A program made the translations under genes and the position numbers. A DNA stretch of 64,000 bases. Origin: an uncultured Nitrospirales bacterium (lineage in GTDB: Bacteria > Hydrogenedentota > Hydrogenedentia > Hydrogenedentales > JAGMZX01). The stretch is taken from contig CAZMVU010000001.1 of NCBI GenBank assembly GCA_964569295.1, positions 151,368-215,367 of the forward strand. The letters run 5' to 3'. The notes under the pieces were generated by a model, which did not search any database, was not told where the DNA came from, and worked only from the letters and a program-made list of their open reading frames with translations. Positions 20,152-30,098 of the stretch are shown in pieces. Each line of letters starts with the position of its first letter. Position 1 is the first letter of the stretch.

Positions 20152-21897
20152 TCAAAATGCGGGCGGGGTCCACGCGCGCAGGCGTCCGGTTCGTTTGTCG
20201 AAGTGCAGCCAGACATAGTCCGGATGTTCGAGGGAGTGGGCAAAAGTAAAGCGCACGCGCGCCGGCCAGCCCTCGGCGGTCGCCTCTTCGATCTGTATCT
20301 CGAGACCCGGCAACGCAAAACGATCACCCGGCGCCACCGGATGCGCACGCTCGCGGGCCAGGAACCAGCCGGCGCCGTGTGTCACGCGCAATGTGAGGGT
20401 ACGGGAGCCCGTGCGTGCAATCGCCACCGCGCCCATCACGCCGGTATTGGGGGCAAGGCTGTGCACGTGACGCGGAACGGGCAGGCCATCGGCCTTGCGG
20501 ATAAGCGGCAGGTAGCTGCCGAAAAAGGCCACCGGTATGTCGAGCAATACCACGGTCTTTTCTGCGGCGTCTTCGCACAGAGGCGCCCCGCGCAAAATGG
20601 TGTTCATTCCATTGCCGAAAACACCGAAAGCCGCTGTCCGCACAGGCAATACCCATGCCGCCAGGACAAGGTGCATGCCCAGGAGCGCCCATACACCGGC
20701 GTGGCGGAAACGCAGCCACGGGCGCGGCGCCTCCGCATTCGAGGCGCGGGCAACCCACGCCACATAGCGTGTTATCAGGCCGAAGGCGCCGATACCGGTG
20801 AAGAGGAGCAGGCGGTCGCTGGGAAAGGTGGCGCAGATGGGCACGAAAGAGAGCAGCATACCCAGCGCCCAGAAACGGGCGATGGCATCGCGCCGAAGAC
20901 ATGGCCATACGAGCCACAAAACCGCCACGAAAAGCACCAGACCAGCGGCAGTCATGGCGAGTTGCACAGTGCCTGGCATCAGTACATGGATATCGGCAGG
21001 GGGGCCGGCCCATTGCCCGAGAAAGAGCACCGGACCACGCACAAACAAGGCACGCACGAACGTGGCCGGCGCCATCAGCGGGTCGTTGTACAGTTCGGCC
21101 CCGTGAATGCCGTGGCCAAGCAGGCGGTAGACAATACGCCAGCCGATAATGACCACGGCGTACGGGGCGAGGGACAGAAGGCGGTGCCGGCGGGAGCCGT
21201 GGTCTACGAAGACGGCGTAGGCGAAAAGATACGCCGCTGTGGCAATACCCGCTTCTTTCGAGAGCAGGCTTGCCCCCAACATGACCCCGGCAAGCAGGGC
21301 ATACGGTGCGCGGCGGGTTTCGCGCCAGCGAATATGCGCAATAAGGGCGGTGATACCCAAGGCAAGGGCGATGAGGCCGTTGCGGTTCGCAATCCAGCCG
21401 GCGGGCATCGCGTGGGCATCTTCCACGGCGAACAGAAGGACCGCCAGCCCCGCGGCCCAACCCGCGCCCATGACACGCCGGTAGAGCACGCCGGCCAACA
21501 CCGTGCACATGCCAAGCCACAGCAGGCTGTGGGCATGCATGAGGCGCGCACTATCCGGCCAGAGGGCATAATCGAGTTGATGAGTCCAAACGGAAACCGG
21601 GCGCCAGAACGATATTACGAGATCGTCCTGCGTCCACCAGGGGAGAAAGCCGGTATCGCGCAGCGCGCGCGTTTCAGCGGGAACGCCGCGCACAAATGCG
21701 AAGAGCCCACTGCGGCTGTGGCTGAACCCCAACTCCCCCCCTTCGCCGAGTAATACAAGCCGGTGGAGCCAGTCGTCGATGCAAAAACCAAAGAAGAGTG
21801 CCGGCGACGCCAGGAGGATGGCCAGCAATGCGGCCAGCCACGGCATGCGCGGCGAAGCCAGGGCGGACCGTGCACGGCGCAGGCTTGACGTCATCAT
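20152..21897 (-). CDS. Polytopic integral membrane protein, possibly a GT-C-fold glycosyltransferase
   Basis: More than 10 hydrophobic helices. The first extracytoplasmic loop carries DD (FCIDDWLHRL), as in GT-C enzymes. No family assigned. Confidence 0.45.
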   Translation of the reverse strand: MMTSSLRRARSALASPRMPWLAALLAILLASPALFFGFCIDDWLHRLVLLGEGGELGFSHSRSGLFAFVRGVPAETRALRDTGFLPWWTQDDLVISFWRPVSVWTHQLDYALWPDSARLMHAHSLLWLGMCTVLAGVLYRRVMGAGWAAGLAVLLFAVEDAHAMPAGWIANRNGLIALALGITALIAHIRWRETRRAPYALLAGVMLGASLLSKEAGIATAAYLFAYAVFVDHGSRRHRLLSLAPYAVVIIGWRIVYRLLGHGIHGAELYNDPLMAPATFVRALFVRGPVLFLGQWAGPPADIHVLMPGTVQLAMTAAGLVLFVAVLWLVWPCLRRDAIARFWALGMLLSFVPICATFPSDRLLLFTGIGAFGLITRYVAWVARASNAEAPRPWLRFRHAGVWALLGMHLVLAAWVLPVRTAAFGVFGNGMNTILRGAPLCEDAAEKTVVLLDIPVAFFGSYLPLIRKADGLPVPRHVHSLAPNTGVMGAVAIARTGSRTLTLRVTHGAGWFLARERAHPVAPGDRFALPGLEIQIEEATAEGWPARVRFTFAHSLEHPDYVWLHFDKRTGRLRAWTPPAF

Positions 21898-22101
21898 GGC
21901 CGCAGCGCAAGGGGCCGGCGCCCCGTGCCTCTGCCCTGGCTGATACCGGAAACGCGCCTCTCCATGGGGTTCTCCCGAGCGTGAAACGGCTTAACAGCAG
22001 CGCGTGCAAGGCCATTCAACACCCCAACGCCGCGCGCCCATCGCGCGCACCCCCGTGCCAGAGAACCACGGTCAGCACGCCGCAAGGAACAACACATGGC
22101 G

Positions 22102-22890
22102 TCACAGGCGCTTAAGGCCAAATCCACCCCCGATCTCGATCACGCTGCCCGTCGAGTACGGGAAGTACCCTTCAGCCAATGCTGCCACCGCCTTGCCGCA
22201 GTCTTCGGGCGTGCCCCAGCGCTTCTGGACAAGCAGGCCCTCCTCGATGAGCTTGTCGTACTTCGCCTGCACAGCGCTGGTCATATCGGTCGCGATAATG
22301 CCGGGACGCACGTCGTACACATTTATCCCGTATTCCCCGAGCCGCACGGCGTAGTTCATGGCAGCCATGGAGAGCCCTGCCTTGCTAATGCAGTACTCGG
22401 CCCGATTCGGGCTTGCGGTATCTGACGAAATGCTGGTGATGAAAATAATCGAAGGCGTGGTCTCGCGCCCTTCTTCAATCTGCTCGATCATGCGCACGGC
22501 CACATCCTGCGTAAGGAAGAAGGGACCCCGCATGTTGATATTGATAAGCCGGTCGAAGCTCTCCTCTGTCGTGTCAAGAATGTCGAGCCGCTCGAGCGGC
22601 GCCACCCCGGCGTTATTCACGAGCACATCAATGGCGCCAAAGGCCTCGAGCGTCTCGTCGATCCAGCGGGCGTGGTCACCACGTACCGCGATATTGCCGG
22701 TTACCGGCAAGAAGGACACGCCCAATTCCTCGACGCGCTCCTTCACTTCGTACAGTCCCGTTTCCCGGTTTGCCGGGTCGGCCTTGGTCGCCGCGCCGGC
22801 AACATCGTAACCGTGTCGCGCCAGCGCAATGGCGATACCCCGCCCTATTCCCCGGCTGGCGCCTGTGACAAATGCCGTGCCTTTACCCAT
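22102..22890 (-). CDS. Short-chain dehydrogenase/reductase (SDR) family oxidoreductase
   Basis: TGASRGIGRGIA cofactor motif, NNAG, and a catalytic S ... YxxxK (YCISK). Start chosen at MGKGTAF (ATG at 22890). Confidence 0.85.
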   Translation of the reverse strand: MGKGTAFVTGASRGIGRGIAIALARHGYDVAGAATKADPANRETGLYEVKERVEELGVSFLPVTGNIAVRGDHARWIDETLEAFGAIDVLVNNAGVAPLERLDILDTTEESFDRLININMRGPFFLTQDVAVRMIEQIEEGRETTPSIIFITSISSDTASPNRAEYCISKAGLSMAAMNYAVRLGEYGINVYDVRPGIIATDMTSAVQAKYDKLIEEGLLVQKRWGTPEDCGKAVAALAEGYFPYSTGSVIEIGGGFGLKRL

Positions 22891-23019
22891 GATTGCTCCT
22901 TCCACATAATCGTTGACACCACGCCGGTTCAGGATAACGGGAGTAGAACCTTCGTGCAACGTGTTGTTTTGACACATAAAAAAGCATAAAAAAGCAGGCG
23001 GCGTCACCATCAAACTCGA

Positions 23020-23048
23020 TTGTCACTTGTAAGTCCCTGTGGTATACT
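23020..23048 (+). promoter_or_regulatory. Sigma70-like promoter candidate TTGTCA-N17-TATACT in an AT-rich leader upstream of the REC gene
   Basis: Read directly: ttgtca (23020-23025), a 17-nt spacer, then tatact (23043-23048). It sits in an unusually AT-rich roughly 320-bp intergenic stretch (22891..23213). Confidence 0.4.
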
Positions 23049-23213
23049 TAACCTGAAGTCATTAGAACCTCCATTGTTTAAGGTGCGTGGCTATGAATAA
23101 ACACCGCAACGTTCCAAGGACTCCCACGGATCATGACAGCCGGGAGTTTCTTTGATTCTGATACGAGGTCTTAACAACCTTATGTATAGCAGGGAACGGG
23201 TAAACAACACACG

Positions 23214-23576
23214 ATGTCTGTGAGCCGTGGACCAAAGAACTGGCAAGCGTTGGTGGTGGAGGACATGCCGGAGGAGCGCGAGTTAATCCGGCGCGCCCTC
23301 GAAAAGTATGACATAGAAACAGACGTGGCTGCGGATGGGGTGGTGGCGAATAACCGGAGGCGGGTTAAACGCTACGATATAGTCATCTCGGATTTGCGGA
23401 TGCCGCGAAAGCACGGGCACCAACTTATCCACGAAATCCTCAGCGAGCAGAACCCGCCGCTGGTATTGGCGGTCACGGGGATAGTGGAACCACGGCTGAT
23501 CCTGGATCTAATGCGCCGGGGTCTGCAAAATCTGCTCGGGGAGCGCAAGATAAAGGTTCGTGAAGCCGGGGGATAG
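23214..23576 (+). CDS. Single-domain response regulator (CheY-like receiver)
   Basis: REC pattern (LVVEDMPEE ... DIVISDLRMP ... K in LAVTG). Confidence 0.75.
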   Translation: MSVSRGPKNWQALVVEDMPEERELIRRALEKYDIETDVAADGVVANNRRRVKRYDIVISDLRMPRKHGHQLIHEILSEQNPPLVLAVTGIVEPRLILDLMRRGLQNLLGERKIKVREAGG

Positions 23577-23619
23577 ATATTCTTGCAGTACATCCTGGCA
23601 AGACTCGGAGGGCCATTTT

Positions 23620-25887
23620 ATGGCATCACCATCCCAAGAAAATCGAATGCACGCGCTCATCGCGGCGGACAACACCTGCCCGGTTCTTACAGGACTGCGT
23701 GACGCGTCTACATCCAAGTGCATCGCCGGGCATACAGTCCACGCTTCATGTGATGATTGGGTCGCCGCCCTGCGATCACCCGAACAATGGGGTGTGGCCG
23801 TGCTCGACAGCGCGTTGCTTGCCGGTATGAAGGAGGTGCGCGCCACCATAGCCCGGGCATACAAGGCGCGGCCGGCCGTTCCCCTTCTTCTACTCCTGGA
23901 CGACGAACTTACGGCCACCGAAGCCATGGCCCTGGCGCACCTCGGCCTTTACGACCTGTGCGGCCGGAGCGACTTCGCGCGGTTCAGCACGCTATTGGGG
24001 CAGCTCTGTAACTATACCGCTGATGCACCCACACCAGCGGGCACACGGACCGTGGCGGATTATGCCCTCCTCGCTTTTGCCGAGACAGATATAGGGCTTC
24101 TCGTGGCAACACCAGCGGGGCACATCTTGTGTGCAAACCCTGCCGCCGATTCGCTTTTCTGCCAGGGAAAAGGCAGTCTTCAAGGACAGTCCCTGCCGGT
24201 TCATCCTGCACCGTGTGAGACCGTAAAACACCGGTTCAAGGCGGGCGGCACCGACCATGTGATCGAATTGTCGGCGCAGCCACAGTCATTTCAAGGAGAA
24301 GACGTTTACGTGATTGCCGTACGCGACGTGACCAGCCAGGAGAATGCGCACAGGGTGCAGCACCTGCTTGCCACTGCGATTGACCATACCACCGAGGGCG
24401 TCGTGCTCACAGACACCCATGGGGTGATTCAATACGCAAACCGGGCGTTCCTCGATATTACCGGCTATGAACTGCCAGAACTGCTCAACCACGACGCCAG
24501 TATGCTTGCGAGCACCCGGCACAGCGAACGGTTCTTCTATCGCATGTTCGAGCACTTGCGCAAAGGGGAGACATGGACGGGCGACCTCCTGAACCGCCAC
24601 AAAGACGGGAACGACTACGAACTGCGCATGTCCATATCGCCAATTGCCGATTCCCAAGGCGTCATCACCCACTACATTGCGCTGTGCCAGGACGTCACGA
24701 AGGAAAAGGAATGCCAGCAGCGGCTGCAGCAGTCCCAGAAGCTCGAAGCCATGGGCACGTTGGCCTGCGGTATTGCGCATGACTTCAACAACTCGCTGAG
24801 TATCATCAATGGCTACACACAACTGGTTGCTGCAGCGCTGGACCCGGATTCGAAGCAATGTCAGGACCTGGAACAGGTGTTGAACGCGGCGAATCGCGCG
24901 GGTGATCTGGTGCGGCAGGTGCTCACATTCTCCCGGGAGGAAGAGGACTTTACCAAACCCCTGCGCCTGGATATCGTGGTGAAGGAGGTGGGCAGGTTCC
25001 TCGAAATGGCGTTCCCTGCGACCATCGAATTCACCTACGATAACATCATGCGTGATGCGATCATCAAAGGCGATGCGACGCAACTGCACCAGGTGGTTAT
25101 CAACCTTTGCACAAATGCCAGGGACGCCATGGCCGAAAACGGGGGGGCACTTGACGTCGCACTGGAAGAAGTGACAGAACGCGAGGTCGCCGCGGCTGGC
25201 ATACATGGGGCGGCGGAAGGCCCTTACTACCGGCTTACCATATCGGACACCGGGCCCGGCATGGCGCCGGAAGTGGTGGACCACATCTTCGAGCCGTTCT
25301 ACACCACCAAATCGTGGGCCAAGGGCACCGGTCTCGGCCTGTGGAACGTCGAGAAGTTTGTCACCCACCATGGCGGTGCTATTCACTGTGAGAGCACACC
25401 GGGCGTGGGCACCACCTTCCGCGTGTTTTTTCCCGTCCACAGGCAGCCAAGCGCCAAGCCCAGTTCCGCAGGCAGCCAGATCGCGCCAACAGGCAACGGG
25501 GAACGCCTGCTTGTCGTCGATGACGAGGAACGGATATTGCACATCCTTGAGCGCATGCTCGGCTCACTCAAATACGACGTGACGGCATGCATGGATCCCC
25601 GCGAGGCCCTGGCGCTTTTCCAGCGGGATCCAAACGCTTTCGACCTTCTCGTGACGGATGAGGTCATGCCGCACCTGATCGGCTCAGAACTGGCACGCCA
25701 GGCACGCGCGTTACATCCAGACCTGCCGATCCTGCTCATCACAGGGTACAGCGACCGGCTTACCGCACAACGCGTGCAACGCATCGGAATTGACCGGGTT
25801 CTTATCAAACCGCTGAACAAGCATGAACTCGCCCAGACCGTGAGCGTGCTGCTGACCCAAAACAGCGTAAACAATCCAACCCCGTAA
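23620..25887 (+). CDS. Hybrid sensor histidine kinase (PAS domains + HisKA + HATPase_c + C-terminal REC)
   Basis: H-box (CGIAHDFNNSLSI), G-boxes (GTGLGLWNV), and a C-terminal receiver (LLVVDDEE ... LLVTDEVMP ... LITGYSD). Start chosen at the ATG at 23620, downstream of the REC gene stop. Confidence 0.85.
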   Translation: MASPSQENRMHALIAADNTCPVLTGLRDASTSKCIAGHTVHASCDDWVAALRSPEQWGVAVLDSALLAGMKEVRATIARAYKARPAVPLLLLLDDELTATEAMALAHLGLYDLCGRSDFARFSTLLGQLCNYTADAPTPAGTRTVADYALLAFAETDIGLLVATPAGHILCANPAADSLFCQGKGSLQGQSLPVHPAPCETVKHRFKAGGTDHVIELSAQPQSFQGEDVYVIAVRDVTSQENAHRVQHLLATAIDHTTEGVVLTDTHGVIQYANRAFLDITGYELPELLNHDASMLASTRHSERFFYRMFEHLRKGETWTGDLLNRHKDGNDYELRMSISPIADSQGVITHYIALCQDVTKEKECQQRLQQSQKLEAMGTLACGIAHDFNNSLSIINGYTQLVAAALDPDSKQCQDLEQVLNAANRAGDLVRQVLTFSREEEDFTKPLRLDIVVKEVGRFLEMAFPATIEFTYDNIMRDAIIKGDATQLHQVVINLCTNARDAMAENGGALDVALEEVTEREVAAAGIHGAAEGPYYRLTISDTGPGMAPEVVDHIFEPFYTTKSWAKGTGLGLWNVEKFVTHHGGAIHCESTPGVGTTFRVFFPVHRQPSAKPSSAGSQIAPTGNGERLLVVDDEERILHILERMLGSLKYDVTACMDPREALALFQRDPNAFDLLVTDEVMPHLIGSELARQARALHPDLPILLITGYSDRLTAQRVQRIGIDRVLIKPLNKHELAQTVSVLLTQNSVNNPTP

Positions 25888-26057
25888 GGCGTATACACAC
25901 CTACGCAGTTCCTTTCCGGCAGGGTTCCGTGCTACGCTCGCGCAGGCAAACGGGCAGGCAGCACCCATGGGCAAACGGGTGCGCCACAAGGCAAAGAGCA
26001 CGGTTTGGCTGTTGGCCGGCGAGCATGGCCAAACGATACGTCTTTGGCAGGGAAGCA

Positions 26058-26804
26058 ATGATCCAGGCGGATGAGCTGCGTAAAGTCTTCTACCCCGCTC
26101 GGCAAGCCCCGGTCGTGGCGGTGGCCGGAGCGTCTTTCCATGTGGGCGACGGGGAGGTGCTGGGAATGCTTGGACCGAACGGGGCGGGCAAGACGACGCT
26201 GCTGCGGCTGATGGCGGCTATCGTGCCGCCGACAACAGGACAGTGCCGCGTAAATGAGCACACTGTCACCGAGGCGCCCCAGTCGGTGCGGCGCGGCATC
26301 GGGTTCCTCTCGGGCAATACCAAGCTCTATGGCCGCCTCACGCCGCGGGAAACGTTGCACTACTTCGGGCAACTGTACGGCATGAAGGAAACGGCCATCG
26401 CCGGGCGCACGGAAGTTCTGTGTGACATGCTCGATATGACAGCCTTCCTCGACCGCCGCTGCGACACGCTGTCCGCCGGCCAAATGCAGCGCGTCTCGAT
26501 CGCGCGCTGCATCGTCCACGATCCGCATACGCTCATCCTCGACGAGCCTACGCTGGGCCTCGATATCATGTCGAGCCGCACCATCCTCGACTTCATCGGT
26601 GACGCGCGCACACGGGGCCGCAGCGTCGTCTTCTCGACGCACTACATGGCGGAAGCCGAACGGCTGTGCGACCGCATCGCCTTGTTGCACCGGGGCGTAC
26701 TGCTGGCCGTGGACACCCTCCCGGCGCTGCTCGAACGCACCCGCACGGCGAACTTGCAGGACACGTTCCTCGCGTTGGTCGCGGCAGAAGGGCCGGCGCC
26801 ATGA
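26058..26804 (+). CDS. ABC transporter ATP-binding protein
   Basis: Walker A (GPNGAGKTT), signature LSAGQMQR, and Walker B (LILDEPT). The stop overlaps the downstream start (ATGA). Confidence 0.85.
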   Translation: MIQADELRKVFYPARQAPVVAVAGASFHVGDGEVLGMLGPNGAGKTTLLRLMAAIVPPTTGQCRVNEHTVTEAPQSVRRGIGFLSGNTKLYGRLTPRETLHYFGQLYGMKETAIAGRTEVLCDMLDMTAFLDRRCDTLSAGQMQRVSIARCIVHDPHTLILDEPTLGLDIMSSRTILDFIGDARTRGRSVVFSTHYMAEAERLCDRIALLHRGVLLAVDTLPALLERTRTANLQDTFLALVAAEGPAP

Positions 26805-28849
26805 ACCTGCACATAACGAGAACCATCTGGCGCAAGGAATTGCTGGACACCCTGCGGGACAAGCGCACGCTCGTTATGATGCTCGGCGTGCCGCTGTTGC
26901 TGTATCCGGCGATCACGCTGCTGAGCTTTCAGGGGCTGCTGCTGCTGCATGGACACCTCGAAGAGACGCCTTCCCGGGTAGCTATCTTCACGCAGGCGCC
27001 CAGCCCTCTCGCCGAATGGGTGGCCGCATCACCCCAGGTCGCGCTGATAGATTCCGCGCGCCCCCTGCACGATCTGCAAGAGGGCAGGCTCGATGCGGTG
27101 GTGTTCGCCACGGGCGACCTTCGCCATGCCTTGGCAGAGCGCCGCCCCTTCAAGATCGAAATCCGCTATGACGCCACGGAGATCCCGTCGCGGGAGGCGG
27201 CCGCACGGCTCAGCTCGGCACTGCGCACCAGGCTGCACCGTATCCGGGCTGACCGCCTGGCGGACATCAACCTCTCCCCCGCCTTTGTGACCCCCTTCGA
27301 GGTCACCCGGAAGGATGTGGCGCCGCCCCAGAAAACGACAGGCGTTCTGGTGGGCACCCTGCTGCCCGTGTTTATGGTGATCATGCTCGCCGTGGGCGCT
27401 TTCTACCCGGCCGTGGACCTTACGGCGGGTGAAAAGGAACGTGGCACCTTCGAGACCTTGCTGGCGACGCCCGCATCGAAGCTCGAGATCGTGGCAGGCA
27501 AATTCGGGGCGGTGTTCATGCTCGCCATGGTGACCGGACTGCTGAATATGGCGAGCATGGGCCTCACGCTGGCCTTTGTCTTCATGCAGATTCCGCCCGA
27601 ACTGCAGCAGCGCATGGGCATGACCTTCAACTACCTGCCCGTATCGGCGTTTGCACTGATCGTGGCGGTCATGGTGCCGCTGGCATTCTTCATCGCCGCC
27701 GCCATGATGGCCGTGGCGGTGCTCGCGCGCAGTTTCAAAGAGGCCCAGAACCTCATGATGCCGCTCTTTCTACTGGTCATGCTGCCCAGCATGCTCCCTG
27801 CGGTCCCGGGCGCGGAACTGGGCTCCGGCCTCGAGCTGGTGCCCATCGGCAATGTAGCGCTTCTGTTCAAGGAACTGCTCACCGGTAATGCCACGCTCAA
27901 TGAGGTGTTTATCGTATTCGTGAGCACCGCAGTGCTCGCCATTCCCGCCCTGCTCATGGCTGTCTGGCTCTTCCAGCGCGAAGAAGTGGTGCTCAGTGAC
28001 GACCGCGGCCTGCCGATCACTTTGCGGCGCACCCACTATACGCCACGCGCCGCCCTGCCAGCCGGCACGGCGGTAGGCTACTTCGCCGTGGTCATGCTGC
28101 TCCTGTTCTACGTCGGCACGTTGGTGCAGCAATGGGATATGGTCAGCGGCCTGCTCATCACCGAATGGGGCCTGCTGCTGCTCCCGACATTGGCCTTACT
28201 GTGGTATGTGCGCGTGGATCTGCGCACCGCCTTGCACCTGCGCGGCATGACGGGGCGCAGCGCCGCCGGTGTACTGCTCACCACGATCGCCTGGCCGGTA
28301 CTCGCCATCCAGGCTTCATTCTGGTTCAACCAGGTTCTGCCGGCGCCGGAAAACTATGTGCTCGAGTTCACCCGGGTTATGGAAGAGGCCACGCAGCAGG
28401 CCGGCGCCCCGCTGATGCTGTTTGCGCTTGCCGTGTCGCCGGCGGTGTGCGAGGAAGTCCTTTTCCGCGGCGCGCTCCTTTCCGGCCTTCGCCAGCGGAT
28501 GGGCGGCGTGGCCTGTGTGCTGATCGTGTCGATCCTCTTCGGCCTGTTTCATCTGAGCATCTACCGGTTCTTTCCCACCGCGCTCACGGGCGCCTTTCTC
28601 ACCTACCTCGTGTGGCGGACCGGCTCACTGGCGGCATCCATCTTTGCACACGGGGTTTTCAATGCCGTCCTGTTCTCGTTGCAGCTTCTTCCTATGCCCG
28701 AGTATCTCGCGCCCTGCCTCGATGCGGAGAGAATCGCGTCCTCGGGCTTCTCACCTGGGGTGGTGTTGGCGGCAACCGCCGTATTCCTGGCCGGCCTGCT
28801 CGTAATTGGCAGGCCCGCGTTTGAACACCTGATAAAACCACAGGAATAA
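26801..28849 (+). CDS. ABC-2-type (NatB-like) permease fused to a C-terminal CPBP/CAAX-type intramembrane metalloprotease domain
   Basis: N-terminal roughly 400 aa has an ABC-2 permease topology with a large extracytoplasmic loop. The C-terminal roughly 280 aa carries CPBP motifs (EEVLFRG, FGLFH, HGVFN). Translationally coupled to the ATPase. Confidence 0.7.
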   Translation: MNLHITRTIWRKELLDTLRDKRTLVMMLGVPLLLYPAITLLSFQGLLLLHGHLEETPSRVAIFTQAPSPLAEWVAASPQVALIDSARPLHDLQEGRLDAVVFATGDLRHALAERRPFKIEIRYDATEIPSREAAARLSSALRTRLHRIRADRLADINLSPAFVTPFEVTRKDVAPPQKTTGVLVGTLLPVFMVIMLAVGAFYPAVDLTAGEKERGTFETLLATPASKLEIVAGKFGAVFMLAMVTGLLNMASMGLTLAFVFMQIPPELQQRMGMTFNYLPVSAFALIVAVMVPLAFFIAAAMMAVAVLARSFKEAQNLMMPLFLLVMLPSMLPAVPGAELGSGLELVPIGNVALLFKELLTGNATLNEVFIVFVSTAVLAIPALLMAVWLFQREEVVLSDDRGLPITLRRTHYTPRAALPAGTAVGYFAVVMLLLFYVGTLVQQWDMVSGLLITEWGLLLLPTLALLWYVRVDLRTALHLRGMTGRSAAGVLLTTIAWPVLAIQASFWFNQVLPAPENYVLEFTRVMEEATQQAGAPLMLFALAVSPAVCEEVLFRGALLSGLRQRMGGVACVLIVSILFGLFHLSIYRFFPTALTGAFLTYLVWRTGSLAASIFAHGVFNAVLFSLQLLPMPEYLAPCLDAERIASSGFSPGVVLAATAVFLAGLLVIGRPAFEHLIKPQE

Positions 28850-28892
28850 TACACGGCATCGCAAGCAATCCAACTTCCGGGAGCACCGTGCC

Positions 28893-30098
28893 TTGTCCAC
28901 CACCGGCGCCACGCACGAACAACGGCCACTGCGGGTAGCCTTCTGCCATTATGCGGCCGATGTCTTCGGCGGCTCCGACCGCGCATTGTATGACCTGGTG
29001 ACACACCTGCCGCGGGACCGCTTCGCGCCGCACATGCTCTTGCGCCATGGCGACCCGATGATCACGCGCTACCGCGAACACGGCATCCCGGTGGAAACCT
29101 TTCACCTCGTGCCCCCGCGCCGCGCCATCGAGTGGGGCAAGCTGGTCCGCTTTGCTCTGCATTTTCTGCCGGCCTCGCTGCGGCTTGCGGCAGCCATTCG
29201 CCGGATGAACGCCGACGTGGTGCATGTAAACACGTTGTTCAACATGCAGGGGGCGTTCGCGGCGCGGCTCTCGGGGCGGCCGTTGGTTTGGCATGTGCGC
29301 GAGCTGATTCCGGACTCGCGCGTGTTCGGCTGGATGACGCGGCTCGTGGCGCGGTGGAGCACGCGCGCGATCGCCATCTCAGAGGCAGTAGCGGCGGTGC
29401 TCGCGCGGTGCGGCAACCGGCTGCGCACGGTCTTGAACAGTGTGGACCCGCACTTATTCGAAAACCTGCCGCCGCGGTCGCAGACGCGCGCCGAATGGCA
29501 TATTGCCCTGGATGCGCCGGTAGTGTTGTGTGCGGGACGACTCGAGCACTGGAAAGGCCAGCATGTGCTGATCGAGGCAGTGCCCGCCATCCTCGCCGCG
29601 CATCCGGAAGCGGTGGTGCTCGTAGCAGGCGCGGCGGCGGTGAACAAGCCGGGATACTTGACCGGCTTGCAGGAGCGTTGCGCGGCCCTGGACATCCAAG
29701 CGCGGGTCCGGTTCCTCGGCCGGCGGGAAGATGTGCCAGCCCTTATGGCTGCGGCGGATGTGCTGGTGCTGCCTTCCGTGACGCCGGAACCGTTCGGTCT
29801 CACGGTCATCGAGGCAATGGCAGCGGGCTGCCCCGTGGTCGCCACGCGCGCGGGGGGGCCGCTGGACTCCGTGATAGACGGCGAAACAGGCCTGCTGGCG
29901 GCGCCGGGGGCGCCGGAGGACCTGGCGGAAAAGGTAAACCAAGTGCTCTCCGCGCCCGAACGCGCCCGAGCCATGGGGGCGGCCGGAAGAGAACGCGTAT
30001 ACGCGCACTTTACCATTGACCGGGAAGTGGCGGAAATCGCGGCGATTCTCGAACAAGCCGCCGAAAGCCGCAGCGGCCGCCCGGCTACAACTCGTTAA
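28893..30098 (+). CDS. GT4 glycosyltransferase (Glycos_transf_1)
   Basis: GT4 C-terminal EX7E region (PSVTPEPFGLTVIEAMAAGCPVVAT). The start appears to be a TTG at 28893. Confidence 0.8.
   Translation: MSTTGATHEQRPLRVAFCHYAADVFGGSDRALYDLVTHLPRDRFAPHMLLRHGDPMITRYREHGIPVETFHLVPPRRAIEWGKLVRFALHFLPASLRLAAAIRRMNADVVHVNTLFNMQGAFAARLSGRPLVWHVRELIPDSRVFGWMTRLVARWSTRAIAISEAVAAVLARCGNRLRTVLNSVDPHLFENLPPRSQTRAEWHIALDAPVVLCAGRLEHWKGQHVLIEAVPAILAAHPEAVVLVAGAAAVNKPGYLTGLQERCAALDIQARVRFLGRREDVPALMAAADVLVLPSVTPEPFGLTVIEAMAAGCPVVATRAGGPLDSVIDGETGLLAAPGAPEDLAEKVNQVLSAPERARAMGAAGRERVYAHFTIDREVAEIAAILEQAAESRSGRPATTR

Noticed and set aside
18245-20218. 657-aa plus-strand ORF
   Set aside because: It lies entirely antisense to the highly conserved glyQS gene and the methyltransferase gene.
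20071-21753. 560-aa plus-strand ORF and the 398-aa minus-strand ORF at 20324..21520
   Set aside because: They are antisense to or out of frame with the polytopic membrane protein gene. Both are Arg/Gly/Pro-rich and lack motifs.
24286-25542. 418-aa minus-strand ORF
   Set aside because: It is antisense to the hybrid histidine kinase, whose H-box, G-box and REC motifs are clear.
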